A DNA stretch of 64,000 nt from Candidatus Bathyarchaeota archaeon. GTDB taxonomy: Archaea; Thermoproteota; Bathyarchaeia; Bathyarchaeales; Bathycorpusculaceae. Position 1 is the first letter of the stretch, and each line of letters begins with the position of its first letter. The translations under genes and the position numbers were made by a program. The DNA is taken from the NCBI GenBank assembly GCA_963811105.1, contig CAWEPZ010000011.1:352001-416000 (forward strand), read 5' to 3'. This document shows positions 1 through 10,142 of the stretch, piece after piece. A model generated the notes under the pieces. That model made no database searches. It saw only the letters and a program-made list of their open reading frames with translations, and was not told the origin of the DNA.

Positions 1-138
1 AGAAGCGGGCGATCTATGTCTTTGAAAACAACTGATTATTTCGCTGATCTTTTTGGTTTAACTCATGATGTAACCATTATGAAAAAAGATTTGAAACGGA
101 TCTTTGGCGAAGCACTAAAAGACGAACAGGAAAAATAA
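1..138 (+). CDS. scpB: 3' end of probable SMC-Scp complex subunit ScpB (truncated by window)
   Basis: Frame 1 reads RSGRSMSLKTTDYFADLFGL...EK*, resembling the ScpB C-terminal GR..L.TT..F...FGL motif. Confidence 0.55.
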   Translation, partial: RSGRSMSLKTTDYFADLFGLTHDVTIMKKDLKRIFGEALKDEQEK

Positions 139-337
139 TCTTATTCTTCCTCCAGCGATACCTTAACGACAATTATCTTATAGCAAACAGATAACAATTG
201 TGTCTTTCAAGTTTAGTAATTGCTACGCATTTAGGTGAAAATCTACTAAGAAGAGTAATCTTAACGGATACGTTTATATGGAAATTAACTGTTTTACTGA
301 CTCTCGAATTAGATATTCGCAAAAGGAAATGTAGAAT

Positions 338-733
338 ATGTCTTTCCATAGCAGTTTACGCAAAAGAAAGCTTACCGGCGGCAAAAAAAGGGCTTACAGG
401 TCAAAGAAAAAATATGAACAAGGCGGCTACCCAGCGGAAACAATCCTTGGTCAACCAAAAAGGAAAATTTCCAGAGGCATGGGCGGCAATATTAAGGTCA
501 AAGCCTTAACCGACAAGTTTGCTTCAGTAACTGATCCCAAAACAGGCAAAACACAAAAAACCGAAATAACGCGTGTTGTTCGCAACGGCGCTAACGTTGA
601 CTACAATCGCAGAGGCGTAATAACCAAAGGTGCAGAAATCGAAACTACCCTAGGAGCTGCGAAAGTAACCAGTCGCCCCGGCACTGACGGCGTAATCAAC
701 GCAGTTCTGATGGCAACCAAAGAAAAAGCCTAA
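338..733 (+). CDS. rps8e: 30S ribosomal protein S8e
   Basis: KRKLTGG, NVDYNRRGVITKGA, VTSRPGTDGVINAVL motifs. Confidence 0.97.
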   Translation: MSFHSSLRKRKLTGGKKRAYRSKKKYEQGGYPAETILGQPKRKISRGMGGNIKVKALTDKFASVTDPKTGKTQKTEITRVVRNGANVDYNRRGVITKGAEIETTLGAAKVTSRPGTDGVINAVLMATKEKA

Positions 734-735
734 GT

Positions 736-1044
736 TTAATGCTGTTTTACTAGCGCTTGGGAGCCTTTAATTTTCATCAATTGTTTTGCTATCTTTTGAA
801 TTATCTTTTCTTTTGCTTCTTTCTTTTCAATTAGTAACATTCCAGTCTTAATCCAAGGCATTTTAGAAAAATGAGCGTCTAAGTTAACTTCGTTTTTTAA
901 ACCTAATTTATCTGCTGCTTGTTTTAGTTCGTCAATTTTGGGAGATTGCACTGCAAGGTTTTTTGGCACTCGACGTCCTTCCTTTCTGCTTTTGGAAGAG
1001 TCAAAGTAGATTGGCCAAATTATAGCTTTGTCAAGTTTTCTCAT
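736..1044 (-). CDS. srp19: Signal recognition particle protein SRP19
   Basis: IIWPIYFDSSKSRKEGRRVPK motif. Confidence 0.95.
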   Translation of the reverse strand: MRKLDKAIIWPIYFDSSKSRKEGRRVPKNLAVQSPKIDELKQAADKLGLKNEVNLDAHFSKMPWIKTGMLLIEKKEAKEKIIQKIAKQLMKIKGSQALVKQH

Positions 1045-1056
1045 GTTAATTCACCA

Positions 1057-2808
1057 TTATTTATGTCCGTAATATGCAATTATTTTTTGGTTTACTTCAT
1101 TTATGCGTGTGAAGCCGAAGCGTTCAAACTGTATGATTGTGTCTGGCTTTAGTTTTTTGCAGGCGCTTTCAGCAAACCCCTTGTTAGTCGACGCGTCTGG
1201 CATTACGACCTGACAAGGGAACTCTTCGCCTTTGAGGATCCATTGAATAAGCTGAACTTTAATTTTCCTAACGTCCTCGTAGGATTCGCTTGCAAACGTT
1301 GCGGTTACTGAAGTGTTTGTTTTGTTTTGAACTTTAATGTTGAATAGCTCCATGAGCCTTACAACTTTGCCAGCTTCCATGTTTTCTGCATCTTTCTCGC
1401 TAACCCAAATACTCGCCGCTTTCTCGTCACCTTGTGGAATAATGGCATATTCCCTAAATCCTCTTTCAGGCTTGTCTGGGTGGAAAGGAAGCTTGGCTTG
1501 GAATATTTTTGGTACTTCGACAACCTTAAGCTCAACGGCTTCAGAGACAAAGAAGTATCTATCACTTACAGCGTCAAGGATTCTGCGGTTGTAAGAAAAA
1601 AGATTTTCCCAACTCAAGGTTATGTCATTTGATTTCGTTCCTACATCGATTATCATTTTTTTGATGGCTTCAGGGGTGATCCCGCGTTTTCTTAAGGCGG
1701 CAAAAGTTCCGAGGCGTGGGTCATCAAAGCCTGTGTAAATTCCTTCTTTCACTCCTTGGATAATTTTTGATTTGCTTAAGAATGCGCCTTTTATTTTTAG
1801 TCTGCCGTAGTGTATGGCTTCAGGGTATTCCCAGCCCAAATGTTGGTACATGTATTTTTGTCTTACCATGTTGGTATAATGCTCTTTTCCACGAATTATG
1901 TGGGTCATTCCCATTAGGTGATCGTCTATGCCTGCAGCTAAGTTGTAGAGTGGCCAAACAATGTATTTGCTTCCTATCCTTGGATGCGGATACTTTTTGG
2001 TGTCTATGATCCTCAGGGCTGGCCAATCTCGGACAGCTGGGTTTGGATGTTCAAGCTCGGTTTTAATGCGAACCACGGCTTGACCTTCTGTATAGCCGCC
2101 ATTTAGCATACAGTGCCAACGCTCTAAGTTCTCAGCTGCAGTCAGGATTCTACATGGGCAGGCTTCCTTAGAAATTGTTATTTTCCTAAATTCTTCTGAA
2201 TCACACACACAAACGTATGCGTTGCCATCCCGTATGAGCTGTTCAGTGTAGTTGTAATAAATGGGCAGTCGGTCGCTCTGGATATATTCCTCATCAATCT
2301 TGCAGCCGAGCCACTTCAAATCTTGGCGTATGCTATCGTAAAACTCCAACGAGGGTCTCTTCACTTTTGGATCTGTATCTTCAAAGCGTAAAATGAATTT
2401 GCCGTTGTACATACGAGCGTACTCGTGGCTTAGTAGTATAGCTCTTGCCGAACCCAAATGCAAGACGCAGTCGGGGTTAGGAGAAAACCTCGTAACAATC
2501 TGAGAATACTTTTCTGTGTTAGGCAAGGGTGAGAGCCGTTTTTCTTCAGCTTTTTCCTTCTTTTGAGTCTCAGGCCAGGATTTTTCAACTATTTCTTTCT
2601 GTTCGGTTAGCGATAAACTGTTGACTTCATTTACAACTATGTTGATTACGGTTAAGAGCTCTTTTATTTTGGACCTTAGGTCTTGTCTCTCGCCTAGAAT
2701 TTTGCCCAATATGGCGCCTGCTTGGGCCTTGCCATCATGTGAAACCGCATTAAGCAAAGCTGCTTTCCTTATAGCCTCTCTAAGATTATTATCATTTTCA
2801 AGTGCCAA
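1057..2808 (-). CDS. gltX: Glutamate--tRNA ligase (archaeal type)
   Basis: RFSPNP..LHLG (HIGH-like), LRFEDTDP, THIIRGKEH, LSKS, QFERFGF. Confidence 0.96.
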   Translation of the reverse strand: MALENDNNLREAIRKAALLNAVSHDGKAQAGAILGKILGERQDLRSKIKELLTVINIVVNEVNSLSLTEQKEIVEKSWPETQKKEKAEEKRLSPLPNTEKYSQIVTRFSPNPDCVLHLGSARAILLSHEYARMYNGKFILRFEDTDPKVKRPSLEFYDSIRQDLKWLGCKIDEEYIQSDRLPIYYNYTEQLIRDGNAYVCVCDSEEFRKITISKEACPCRILTAAENLERWHCMLNGGYTEGQAVVRIKTELEHPNPAVRDWPALRIIDTKKYPHPRIGSKYIVWPLYNLAAGIDDHLMGMTHIIRGKEHYTNMVRQKYMYQHLGWEYPEAIHYGRLKIKGAFLSKSKIIQGVKEGIYTGFDDPRLGTFAALRKRGITPEAIKKMIIDVGTKSNDITLSWENLFSYNRRILDAVSDRYFFVSEAVELKVVEVPKIFQAKLPFHPDKPERGFREYAIIPQGDEKAASIWVSEKDAENMEAGKVVRLMELFNIKVQNKTNTSVTATFASESYEDVRKIKVQLIQWILKGEEFPCQVVMPDASTNKGFAESACKKLKPDTIIQFERFGFTRINEVNQKIIAYYGHK

Positions 2809-2830
2809 ATCTTTTACGCTCGCTGAAATA

Positions 2831-3901
2831 TTACTTGTTTCTTTTAATCAAGAATTCAGAGAATTCTATTAATTTTTCCTTAGCTTCGGATGTCGGCAGA
2901 AGCATTTCGGCCTCACTCCAGCTATCCGCGACAATTCTTTCGGCGATTCGCTTAACATGGTTCATTGCGCCATACTTTTGCATCATTTCTATAGCCTCGT
3001 CGCGGAGGGCTTGGTCAGAAGTATGCATGTTGAGTATTTCAATTAGCCGTTTACTATCATTGCTATTGGCTTTTCTGAGTGTATATATGACTAATAGGGT
3101 TCTTTTCCCTTCAGTGATATCTTGTCCCACGCCTCCCTTCTTCTTAGCAAACTCCACGCCAGTCAAATCTAAAATATCATCTTGCATTTGAAAAGCCACA
3201 CCAATACTCTCAGCGAATCGACCTAGCTTTTCGACTAATGGTTTGTTGGCGCCTGAAAGAACTGCCGCTACTTTCGCCGCCATGCGAGCCAGCGTACCTG
3301 TCTTGTAAGCACACATTTGCAAGTAATCCGCTTCTTCTAGCATATCAGCATTGGCTATGCCCCTGTGCCAAGCGATGTCCATAGCTTGCCCCATGCTGAG
3401 GTTAATCATTTCTTGAACGTAAACCTCGTAAACGTCTCTTTGGACTTCAGGCGTCAACTTTGCATTTTGCGCCATCAAAGGTAGAAGTGGCAGATAATAC
3501 ATGGCGTTTCCGGCATTAACTGCAATGTCCATTTCGAAAATCTTGTATGTGCAGGGTTTTCCTCTCCTTAGTTCAGAAGAATCCTCAATATCATCAATCA
3601 CAAGGGTACCGTTGTGGATCACTTCAGGGATAATTGAGAAGTCCAAGCAGTAGTCCGATGTTTTACCTAGTGCTTCGCAAATCAAGAGAAAAAGCGCTGG
3701 ACGCCATCTTTTGCCGCCACGGTCCAACATATCCCAAATGGGCTCTGCGATAGCTTTGTTTAATGGTTCCAAGTTGTAGCTGTACTTTGGCGGGTTAACT
3801 TTGAACAGAATTGAATCTTTGCCAAATTCTCGTGGAAGATATTTTTCGATAGCTTTATCGATTAACTGCGCCTTTTCTTCAAGAAACTTTTCTACGTCCA
3901 A
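2831..3901 (-). CDS. idsA: Polyprenyl (probably geranylgeranyl) diphosphate synthase
   Basis: GGKRWRP, DDIED..LRRG, GQAMD, KT, FQMQDDILD motifs. Confidence 0.92.
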   Translation of the reverse strand: MDVEKFLEEKAQLIDKAIEKYLPREFGKDSILFKVNPPKYSYNLEPLNKAIAEPIWDMLDRGGKRWRPALFLLICEALGKTSDYCLDFSIIPEVIHNGTLVIDDIEDSSELRRGKPCTYKIFEMDIAVNAGNAMYYLPLLPLMAQNAKLTPEVQRDVYEVYVQEMINLSMGQAMDIAWHRGIANADMLEEADYLQMCAYKTGTLARMAAKVAAVLSGANKPLVEKLGRFAESIGVAFQMQDDILDLTGVEFAKKKGGVGQDITEGKRTLLVIYTLRKANSNDSKRLIEILNMHTSDQALRDEAIEMMQKYGAMNHVKRIAERIVADSWSEAEMLLPTSEAKEKLIEFSEFLIKRNK

Positions 3902-3903
3902 AC

Positions 3904-5007
3904 CTACTGCGCTCCTCTTTTGGCGTATTTTTGCAAGTCGAAGCCTCTAGCTTGTAGCCACTCTCCAGTTTTTCCAGTAATCACGACTGGCTTATTTGCT
4001 AAATCAACTATTTTTTCTGCACCAACTAGGAACATGACGTTGCGTAGTTCCTCAATTAAATATGAAAGCTTTTCTTCGGTTTCTTTTGCTCCTTTTAATG
4101 CCATTTGTAGAATGGGTTGAGAAATGCTTGCTAAACTTGCATTAAGTGATAAAGCTTTAGCTATATCGGTGCCGTTTCTCACGCCGCCTGAAACAATTAT
4201 GGGCAACCTTACTGTTTGAGATACCTCTATCATGCTAACTACAGTTGAGATCCCCCAATCCCAGAAGGTTTCACCTAAGAATCGTTGAACGACATCCTCT
4301 TTTCCAAGTGACCTGTAATACTCCACAGCTGCAAAACTTGTCCCGCCAACACCGCCTACATCGATGGCTTTGACGCCAGCGTTCTCAAGTGCTTTTGCAT
4401 CTTCAGCTGAGATTCCAGCTCCCGTCTCTTTAACTATTATTGGTTTATCGAGAGCACTCGCTATTTCACAAATCTTTGTCAAAACACCCTTGAAGTTGGT
4501 TTGCCCCTCAGGCTGAACCGCTTCTTGTAATGCATTCAAATGCACAGCCACTGCATCAGCATTTATCATTTCAACGATTTTCTTAACTTCCTTCACACCG
4601 TACCCATGAACTAATTGAACTCCTCCGATGTTAGCAATTAAGAAAGCGTTGGGCGCTTTTTCTCGTGCGATAGCGTATGTTTTTTCAAGATGATGGTTTT
4701 CGATGGCTGCTCTTTGGCTTCCCACACCCATTCCTAAACCAAGTTTCTCCACAGCTTCGGCGATGGAAGAATTAATTTTTGTTGCTTCTTTGGTTCCTCC
4801 AGTCATTGCGCCGACAATTATTGGCGCCGAAAACTTTTTGCCTAAAAAAATGGTTGATAGGTTGATTTTTTGTTTGTTTACTTCCGGCAATGCTCGGTGA
4901 ACCAGTTTTATGTCTTCAAATCCTGCTGTAGCATTCTTCGCTTGTGCTTTGTTGTCTAAGCAGATTCTAATGTGGTCTACCTTGCGTTTGCCAGTTTCCT
5001 CAGCCAT
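3904..5007 (-). CDS. fni: Type 2 (FMN-dependent) isopentenyl-diphosphate delta-isomerase
   Basis: RKVDHI, GAMTGG, GVGSQR, HLNALQE, VKETGAG, GGTSF motifs. Confidence 0.96.
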   Translation of the reverse strand: MAEETGKRKVDHIRICLDNKAQAKNATAGFEDIKLVHRALPEVNKQKINLSTIFLGKKFSAPIIVGAMTGGTKEATKINSSIAEAVEKLGLGMGVGSQRAAIENHHLEKTYAIAREKAPNAFLIANIGGVQLVHGYGVKEVKKIVEMINADAVAVHLNALQEAVQPEGQTNFKGVLTKICEIASALDKPIIVKETGAGISAEDAKALENAGVKAIDVGGVGGTSFAAVEYYRSLGKEDVVQRFLGETFWDWGISTVVSMIEVSQTVRLPIIVSGGVRNGTDIAKALSLNASLASISQPILQMALKGAKETEEKLSYLIEELRNVMFLVGAEKIVDLANKPVVITGKTGEWLQARGFDLQKYAKRGAQ

Positions 5008-5008
5008 C

Positions 5009-5821
5009 TTACGCCTTCTCGATTTCAGTGCCTAAGACGCTTTGATCTGTTAGTGCCCTGAAAATGGACAAGCCTTTAGTGGCTCCGGTGACTGTGACGT
5101 GGATGCCTTGTTCAATGGCTGGGATAAGTTCAGTTATTTTGCCCGCCATGCCGCCCGTAACATCCGTTCCCGCCGCTTTGCCAAACTTTGCTTGAATCCC
5201 TTTTAACTCCGCAAGCGTCAAATGCTTGTAGGGTTTAGCATTGGGGTTGATTTTCGGGTCACAATCAAACAAGCCATCCGTATCAACGCCGATCACAATT
5301 TTCGAAGCCTTATACTTGATTGCCAAATAAGCAACAAGCTGGTCGGCGGAGAGAATTGTGAATCCCAATTTATCGTCTAAAACTGCATCTCCATACAAGA
5401 CAGGTTTGAACATCATTTTTTCCATTGCTTTGAGCGTGGTTTCGTCAAAGAATTTAATCCTACCGTTATCAGTTATTATGCAGGATGATGGCGTTATGCT
5501 TATGGCTGGAACTTCATGCCAAATAAGCGCGTCCATAACTAAACCGTTTAATACTGTCATTACATGGTGGGTTTCGGCGAAACCAAGTTTCTGGGTTGGG
5601 TCCTCTTTGTAGCCTTCCTTTATCCCGTATTTCGCCGCGGTTGGGTGACCAAAGCTGCCTCCGCCATGTACAATTATCAAACTATCGAGGTCTGCTCGCT
5701 TGATTTCTTCTGCTAAGCGGTTTATTATCTCTGTTTTTGCTGCTAATGGTTCTGCTTTGTCAGTGATGGCTGAACCACCGATTTTTAGGATTACAGGTTT
5801 CGCCTCGTTCATATCTTGCAC
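5009..5821 (-). CDS. ipk: Isopentenyl phosphate kinase
   Basis: LKIGGSAITDK, VHGGGSFGH, DVTGGMAGK; adjacent to fni. Confidence 0.93.
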   Translation of the reverse strand: MQDMNEAKPVILKIGGSAITDKAEPLAAKTEIINRLAEEIKRADLDSLIIVHGGGSFGHPTAAKYGIKEGYKEDPTQKLGFAETHHVMTVLNGLVMDALIWHEVPAISITPSSCIITDNGRIKFFDETTLKAMEKMMFKPVLYGDAVLDDKLGFTILSADQLVAYLAIKYKASKIVIGVDTDGLFDCDPKINPNAKPYKHLTLAELKGIQAKFGKAAGTDVTGGMAGKITELIPAIEQGIHVTVTGATKGLSIFRALTDQSVLGTEIEKA

Positions 5822-5913
5822 CTTTACATTTGATATTATGGCACTTATTGAAAAGCATTACCGAGAACAATATCGAAGCAAAAACCAAAATCTAAGGAAC
5901 AATATAGAAAAAA

Positions 5914-6300
5914 TTAAGAAATATTAATAATGCCATTTTCCACGGTGACTCTGTCGCCTGTTTTGATTTTAGAGATGTCAACTTCGTCAACACAAGGGAT
6001 TTCGCTGATTATGGCACCGACAGCAACAACGGTTTCGCATTCTTTGGTAATCATTCCGGCTGGAGCTGTACCGTTTTTCTTCATGCGATATAGCGTGTAA
6101 GAGCCGACTGTGGAGCCTTTGCCAGTAGGAAACACGAGGATTTTGCCTTTAACGCTTTGTCCTTGCAGTTCATGCCCCTTCTCGATGACAACGCCATTAT
6201 TAGGATCAACTCCACCATAAAACGAGATTGGCATTGAAGTTACGAGAGCTTCTCCTTCACCTTTGCCTTTTGAGATTAATCTTCCCTTCAGCTGTTCCAT
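5914..6300 (-). CDS. Phosphomevalonate dehydratase small subunit (AcnX swivel domain, DUF126)
   Basis: ISFYGGVDP, GKGSTVGS motifs; start placed at MEQLKGR; next to AcnX large subunit. Confidence 0.88.
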   Translation of the reverse strand: MEQLKGRLISKGKGEGEALVTSMPISFYGGVDPNNGVVIEKGHELQGQSVKGKILVFPTGKGSTVGSYTLYRMKKNGTAPAGMITKECETVVAVGAIISEIPCVDEVDISKIKTGDRVTVENGIINIS

Positions 6301-7496
6301 TTTCCAGTCACCGCCGCATTTACGCATTCTTCAAGGCTGCCCATCTTTGTTTTCATAAGATTCTGTCTTGAGTAAAAGCAGCCTTTCGCTGAGGTTGTTG
6401 CCAACGACTTAAACCGCCCCTTAAGTGGTGCAACTGCCATGCAAGTATCGCAGGCGAATTTGCCTCCAGCTAATTCAATGACTTTGGTATATCCTCTTTT
6501 GTCTGCCAACTGCTTAGCGGTTCTTGAAGTGGCAACCCAAAACTCCGTGCCTTCAGCTACATTCTTGCCCTTTATCAAGTCAGCGATTTCGTTGATTTCC
6601 TTAATGGAGCAGTGCGGGCAACCCACACAAACGAGTTCTATGTCTCTGACATCATCATTGATGTTGTCATATGCATTTTTGATGTCAGCTTGCTCGATAG
6701 TAACCGTTTCTCTTGGCTGAATCTGCAGCTCGGACGCCGGCGTTATTCCTTTTATATAAAAAAGCGGTTTAGAGCCATAAGTCACAACAGAAGCACAAAA
6801 CGACTTAAGTTCATCAAGTTCAGCCGTTTCTACACCTGTTATGTAGGAGATTTTGTTTTCTGCTTTTTTGCCTATAGCATAGCCTAATGCGCCCCAGTCC
6901 GAAAGCTTCGCTAACGCAGCGTTTACCTGAACGTGAACATCGGGAATGCGATTTTCATCCAAGTGTAGCCCGTAGCAGGGTGTTTTCCCGACAAATGCCG
7001 CTGCCAAAGCTGAAGGACCGCCTTCACGGTTAGTCTTAGCGCCTATAATGGAATTTGCGAAGGTTACTGCTGAACTTTCAGACCATGCTAAATGTTCGCC
7101 AAAGAGTGGCAAATTACCTATTAAGTAAGGAGTACATGTGCAACTGACGAGAATGCCCATGCGTTCGAATGCTTGTATTACGAGATTTTGTTTTTCAGCA
7201 AACTCGGGACTTATGCCCAATTGCTGCCAGTTTTCAAGATCCATGCCCGCAGGGTTTAAGGTTGTGAGAACTTTGACTTTGCCATCTTTTGCCAGATCAT
7301 TTAAGAATTCTAAACCTGCGTCTCCTAGATTGTGGTAAGAGACTCCTGCCACTTGGACGCTGCCCACTTTGATTAGACTTTTTGCGCCGTAAATGTCGCC
7401 TAGAGCCGTAAGAATTTCCATGCTCTTTTGTACAGCGTAACCTTCCGCGCCATCAAGCATCTTTTGCTCTTGTTTAGTTAGTTGCATGTTGGTCAC
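6288..7496 (-). CDS. Phosphomevalonate dehydratase large subunit (aconitase X, DUF521)
   Basis: TCTPY, AWSESSA, TNREGGPS, GCPH, DTC motifs; MVA operon context. Confidence 0.9.
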   Translation of the reverse strand: MTNMQLTKQEQKMLDGAEGYAVQKSMEILTALGDIYGAKSLIKVGSVQVAGVSYHNLGDAGLEFLNDLAKDGKVKVLTTLNPAGMDLENWQQLGISPEFAEKQNLVIQAFERMGILVSCTCTPYLIGNLPLFGEHLAWSESSAVTFANSIIGAKTNREGGPSALAAAFVGKTPCYGLHLDENRIPDVHVQVNAALAKLSDWGALGYAIGKKAENKISYITGVETAELDELKSFCASVVTYGSKPLFYIKGITPASELQIQPRETVTIEQADIKNAYDNINDDVRDIELVCVGCPHCSIKEINEIADLIKGKNVAEGTEFWVATSRTAKQLADKRGYTKVIELAGGKFACDTCMAVAPLKGRFKSLATTSAKGCFYSRQNLMKTKMGSLEECVNAAVTGKWNS

Positions 7497-8800
7497 AGGT
7501 ATTTGTTCAGGTTTACTTTTGTGTATTGTTCTTTCTTGAAGCCCTTTCCCGTGGTGACAAGTGGGGCAGTTGCGTCTATGCCTGCTTTGGCAGTTGTGGC
7601 TTTTTTGCCTTCTGTTAAGTCGCCTGATGGGTCAAGTGAGGAGCCGGGTTGGTTAGAAAGGATTACGGTGTTTTTGTCTGCCTGAAATCGTGTGGCGATT
7701 GCCCATTCTACGTCATGGGGGTCATAAATGTTAATGTCTTCATCAACTACGACGCAGTGTTTTAGCGATTTGTGTCCTTCAAACGCAGCGGCTATGGCTT
7801 TTTTTCCGTCATTCGCGTTTTTCTTCTTAATCTGTACAACAGCGTGGAGCCAGCTGCACCCGCCGGGTGTGATGTAAACATCTTTGCATTGGCATACTTT
7901 GTTGACTTCGCTGTAGATAGTGGGTTCTTTTGGCATGCCCATAAGGAACTTATGCTCGTTCTTACCTGCAAGGATAGTTTGGTAGATCGGGTTTTTGCGG
8001 TGGGTTATGCATTTAATTTCCACAACGGGTTGTTGACGTTCGCGGTCAACTATGCCTGTTAAGTCGAGGAAGGGCCCTTCCTTAGCTTTCTCTTTGGTGA
8101 TGCGACCTTCCAAGACGAATTCACAGCCAGCGGGAACTTCAAGGTCGATAGTTTTGCATTTGACAAGCTCAGTTTTTTCTAAAGCGTTAGCCATTTCAAG
8201 TTCGTCTACGCCCATAGGCAAAGTCGTAGCCGCCGATAGTAAAACAGCAGTGGAGTTGCCGATACAGAAAGCAATGTCTAGTTCCCCACCCGCTTTCTTT
8301 AGAGCGCTGTCTGTGCCTCTGTTCTCAACAATTCGCGCTACAAAATGGTTTTTATCTTTAAGCATCAATCGGTGGAAACACATGTTCCTACCCAACTCCG
8401 GGTCTTTGACAATGGCAACCGCGGAGGCGATATATTTCCCTCCATCCTTTTCGGTGTAGTGCATTATTGGGAGTTTTGATAGGTCCACGTTTGTTTCAGT
8501 TACATCTTGGCAAACTCCTTTTTGTACGATTATTGTAGGCGCAGGTTGTTTGATAGCGGATAACATTTTGGGTAAAAGTTGGTCTTTGGTAGTTCCAAGC
8601 GACTGTGCAATCAAATCTTTTGAGGACATGAGCCCAGCCACGACTGTGTATATTGATTCCTTTACATTTTCAAAATAGATTGGTTTCTCGCCTAGAGCAT
8701 TTATGATTCCAGCCATCTCGTATTCAGTCGAAACTGGCGTGGTTATTTTGGTTAATTCACCTTTTTTGTCTAGAGTTTCAATGAAGCTTCTGAGCCCCAT
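7493..8800 (-). CDS. UbiD-family decarboxylase, probable trans-anhydromevalonate phosphate decarboxylase
   Basis: EGPF.D, EH..LMG, VDEDINIYD..DVEWAIATRFQ, SSLDPS; lies between mvk and AcnX; start placed at MGLRSF. Confidence 0.87.
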   Translation of the reverse strand: MGLRSFIETLDKKGELTKITTPVSTEYEMAGIINALGEKPIYFENVKESIYTVVAGLMSSKDLIAQSLGTTKDQLLPKMLSAIKQPAPTIIVQKGVCQDVTETNVDLSKLPIMHYTEKDGGKYIASAVAIVKDPELGRNMCFHRLMLKDKNHFVARIVENRGTDSALKKAGGELDIAFCIGNSTAVLLSAATTLPMGVDELEMANALEKTELVKCKTIDLEVPAGCEFVLEGRITKEKAKEGPFLDLTGIVDRERQQPVVEIKCITHRKNPIYQTILAGKNEHKFLMGMPKEPTIYSEVNKVCQCKDVYITPGGCSWLHAVVQIKKKNANDGKKAIAAAFEGHKSLKHCVVVDEDINIYDPHDVEWAIATRFQADKNTVILSNQPGSSLDPSGDLTEGKKATTAKAGIDATAPLVTTGKGFKKEQYTKVNLNKYL

Positions 8801-8810
8801 ATGTAACACC

Positions 8811-9752
8811 TTAATATTTTTCAACGCCGATTTTGGTGCTTAAAACCTCAAAGCCTAAGCTTTTAATTGCGCTTAGAACTTGGCCTTGCAAACCCTTTCC
8901 AGGAGTCAGCGCTATTATGCATCCGCCCCCGCCTCCACCTGTAAGCTTTGCGCCGAAAGCACCTTGCTTGCGTGCTAAGTCAACGAGAAAGTCAAGTTCT
9001 TTATTTGATACGCCGATTTCTTGGAGCAGACGGTGATTTTCATTCATGAGATCGCCGATTTTCTTCAGGTCATAGTTTTCCAATGCCTTGCGTCCGGCAA
9101 TTGCTACGCTTTCAGCTTGTTTGAAGAATGAGTTGTATTTCTCCGGGTTTTTCTTTTTGCGGTCAGACACGCCTTCCACCATCGCTTTGGTATTGGCCAC
9201 TTTGCCTGAACTACCAATGACAATTTCGACGGGCCTACGCATATGCAGCTTCTCAATCTTATCTGGGCCACCAGCCATTTCTTTTTTAAACCACATTAAA
9301 CCGCCGTAGGTTGCAGCGGTGTTATCGATTCCAGATGGATTGCCAGCATATGCCTTCTCAGCTTCATAAGCGATTTGATTGATCTTTTCATCAGAAATTT
9401 GCATGCCGAGTTCTTGCGCCATGGCTCTAGCGATAGCGACACTGCTCGCCGCAGAAGCGCCAAGCCCACTGAAGCCAGGTAGAGTGCCACCAATCCATAT
9501 ATCTAAACCGATTTTTGGGTCAATGCCCATTGCTTTTAGCATTCTCTCTATCGATTCAATTTGCTGTAAACGTTTTTCTTCGCTGTAGCCTTTTGCGGTT
9601 TTTCGTTCATCTTTAACGTTAATTCCCTTCGCTGCCTTTTTTACTTCCGCATCGGTTGTGGAATCGATGGCCGAAACAATGCCTGGCACACCATGGACAA
9701 CGAAGTGTTCACCAAATAAAATTACCTTTCCGTAACCTGTTCCTTTCCCCAT
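8811..9752 (-). CDS. mvk: Mevalonate kinase
   Basis: GKVILFGEHFVVHG, GLGASAA, PSGID, AKLTGGGGGG GHMP motifs. Confidence 0.95.
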   Translation of the reverse strand: MGKGTGYGKVILFGEHFVVHGVPGIVSAIDSTTDAEVKKAAKGINVKDERKTAKGYSEEKRLQQIESIERMLKAMGIDPKIGLDIWIGGTLPGFSGLGASAASSVAIARAMAQELGMQISDEKINQIAYEAEKAYAGNPSGIDNTAATYGGLMWFKKEMAGGPDKIEKLHMRRPVEIVIGSSGKVANTKAMVEGVSDRKKKNPEKYNSFFKQAESVAIAGRKALENYDLKKIGDLMNENHRLLQEIGVSNKELDFLVDLARKQGAFGAKLTGGGGGGCIIALTPGKGLQGQVLSAIKSLGFEVLSTKIGVEKY

Positions 9753-9849
9753 TAATGTACACCTTGAAAGGAAGCTATGATATTAATTATATTAAAAACA
9801 TTCGATTGCCTGTGTAGTATAGTTAAGAGTTTAGATTTTGGTTTATCGG

Positions 9850-9985
9850 GAAAAGAAGAGTTAGGTGGTCAAGCCATACGCTAACAACGATAGGACATAG
9901 AACGATGGTGGGCAAAGATGCCTTATCGCCGTTAGCAGCCAGACCATCCAACTGCTTAGACACCCTAATTGCGTACTTTCCTCAT
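9850..9985 (-). ncRNA. Candidate structured RNA / leader (long imperfect hairpin)
   Basis: Nested stems 9861-9874/9954-9968 and 9880-9894/9921-9936; G-U pairs form only on the minus strand; TATA-like AT tract near 10000-10020 and a pyrimidine run after the hairpin. Confidence 0.4.
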
Positions 9986-10142
9986 TAATTAGGTTACCAA
10001 TTTAAAACATATAAAATATTGTTGTTACAACTTGATACCTACAACCACTAAGTTAAACCCTACCGCTACTAACTAACTACTCTTGAAAAAGCTACTTCTA
10101 ATAAAGAATAAAATTTCTTCAATTATAAAAGACTTGTAGAGG

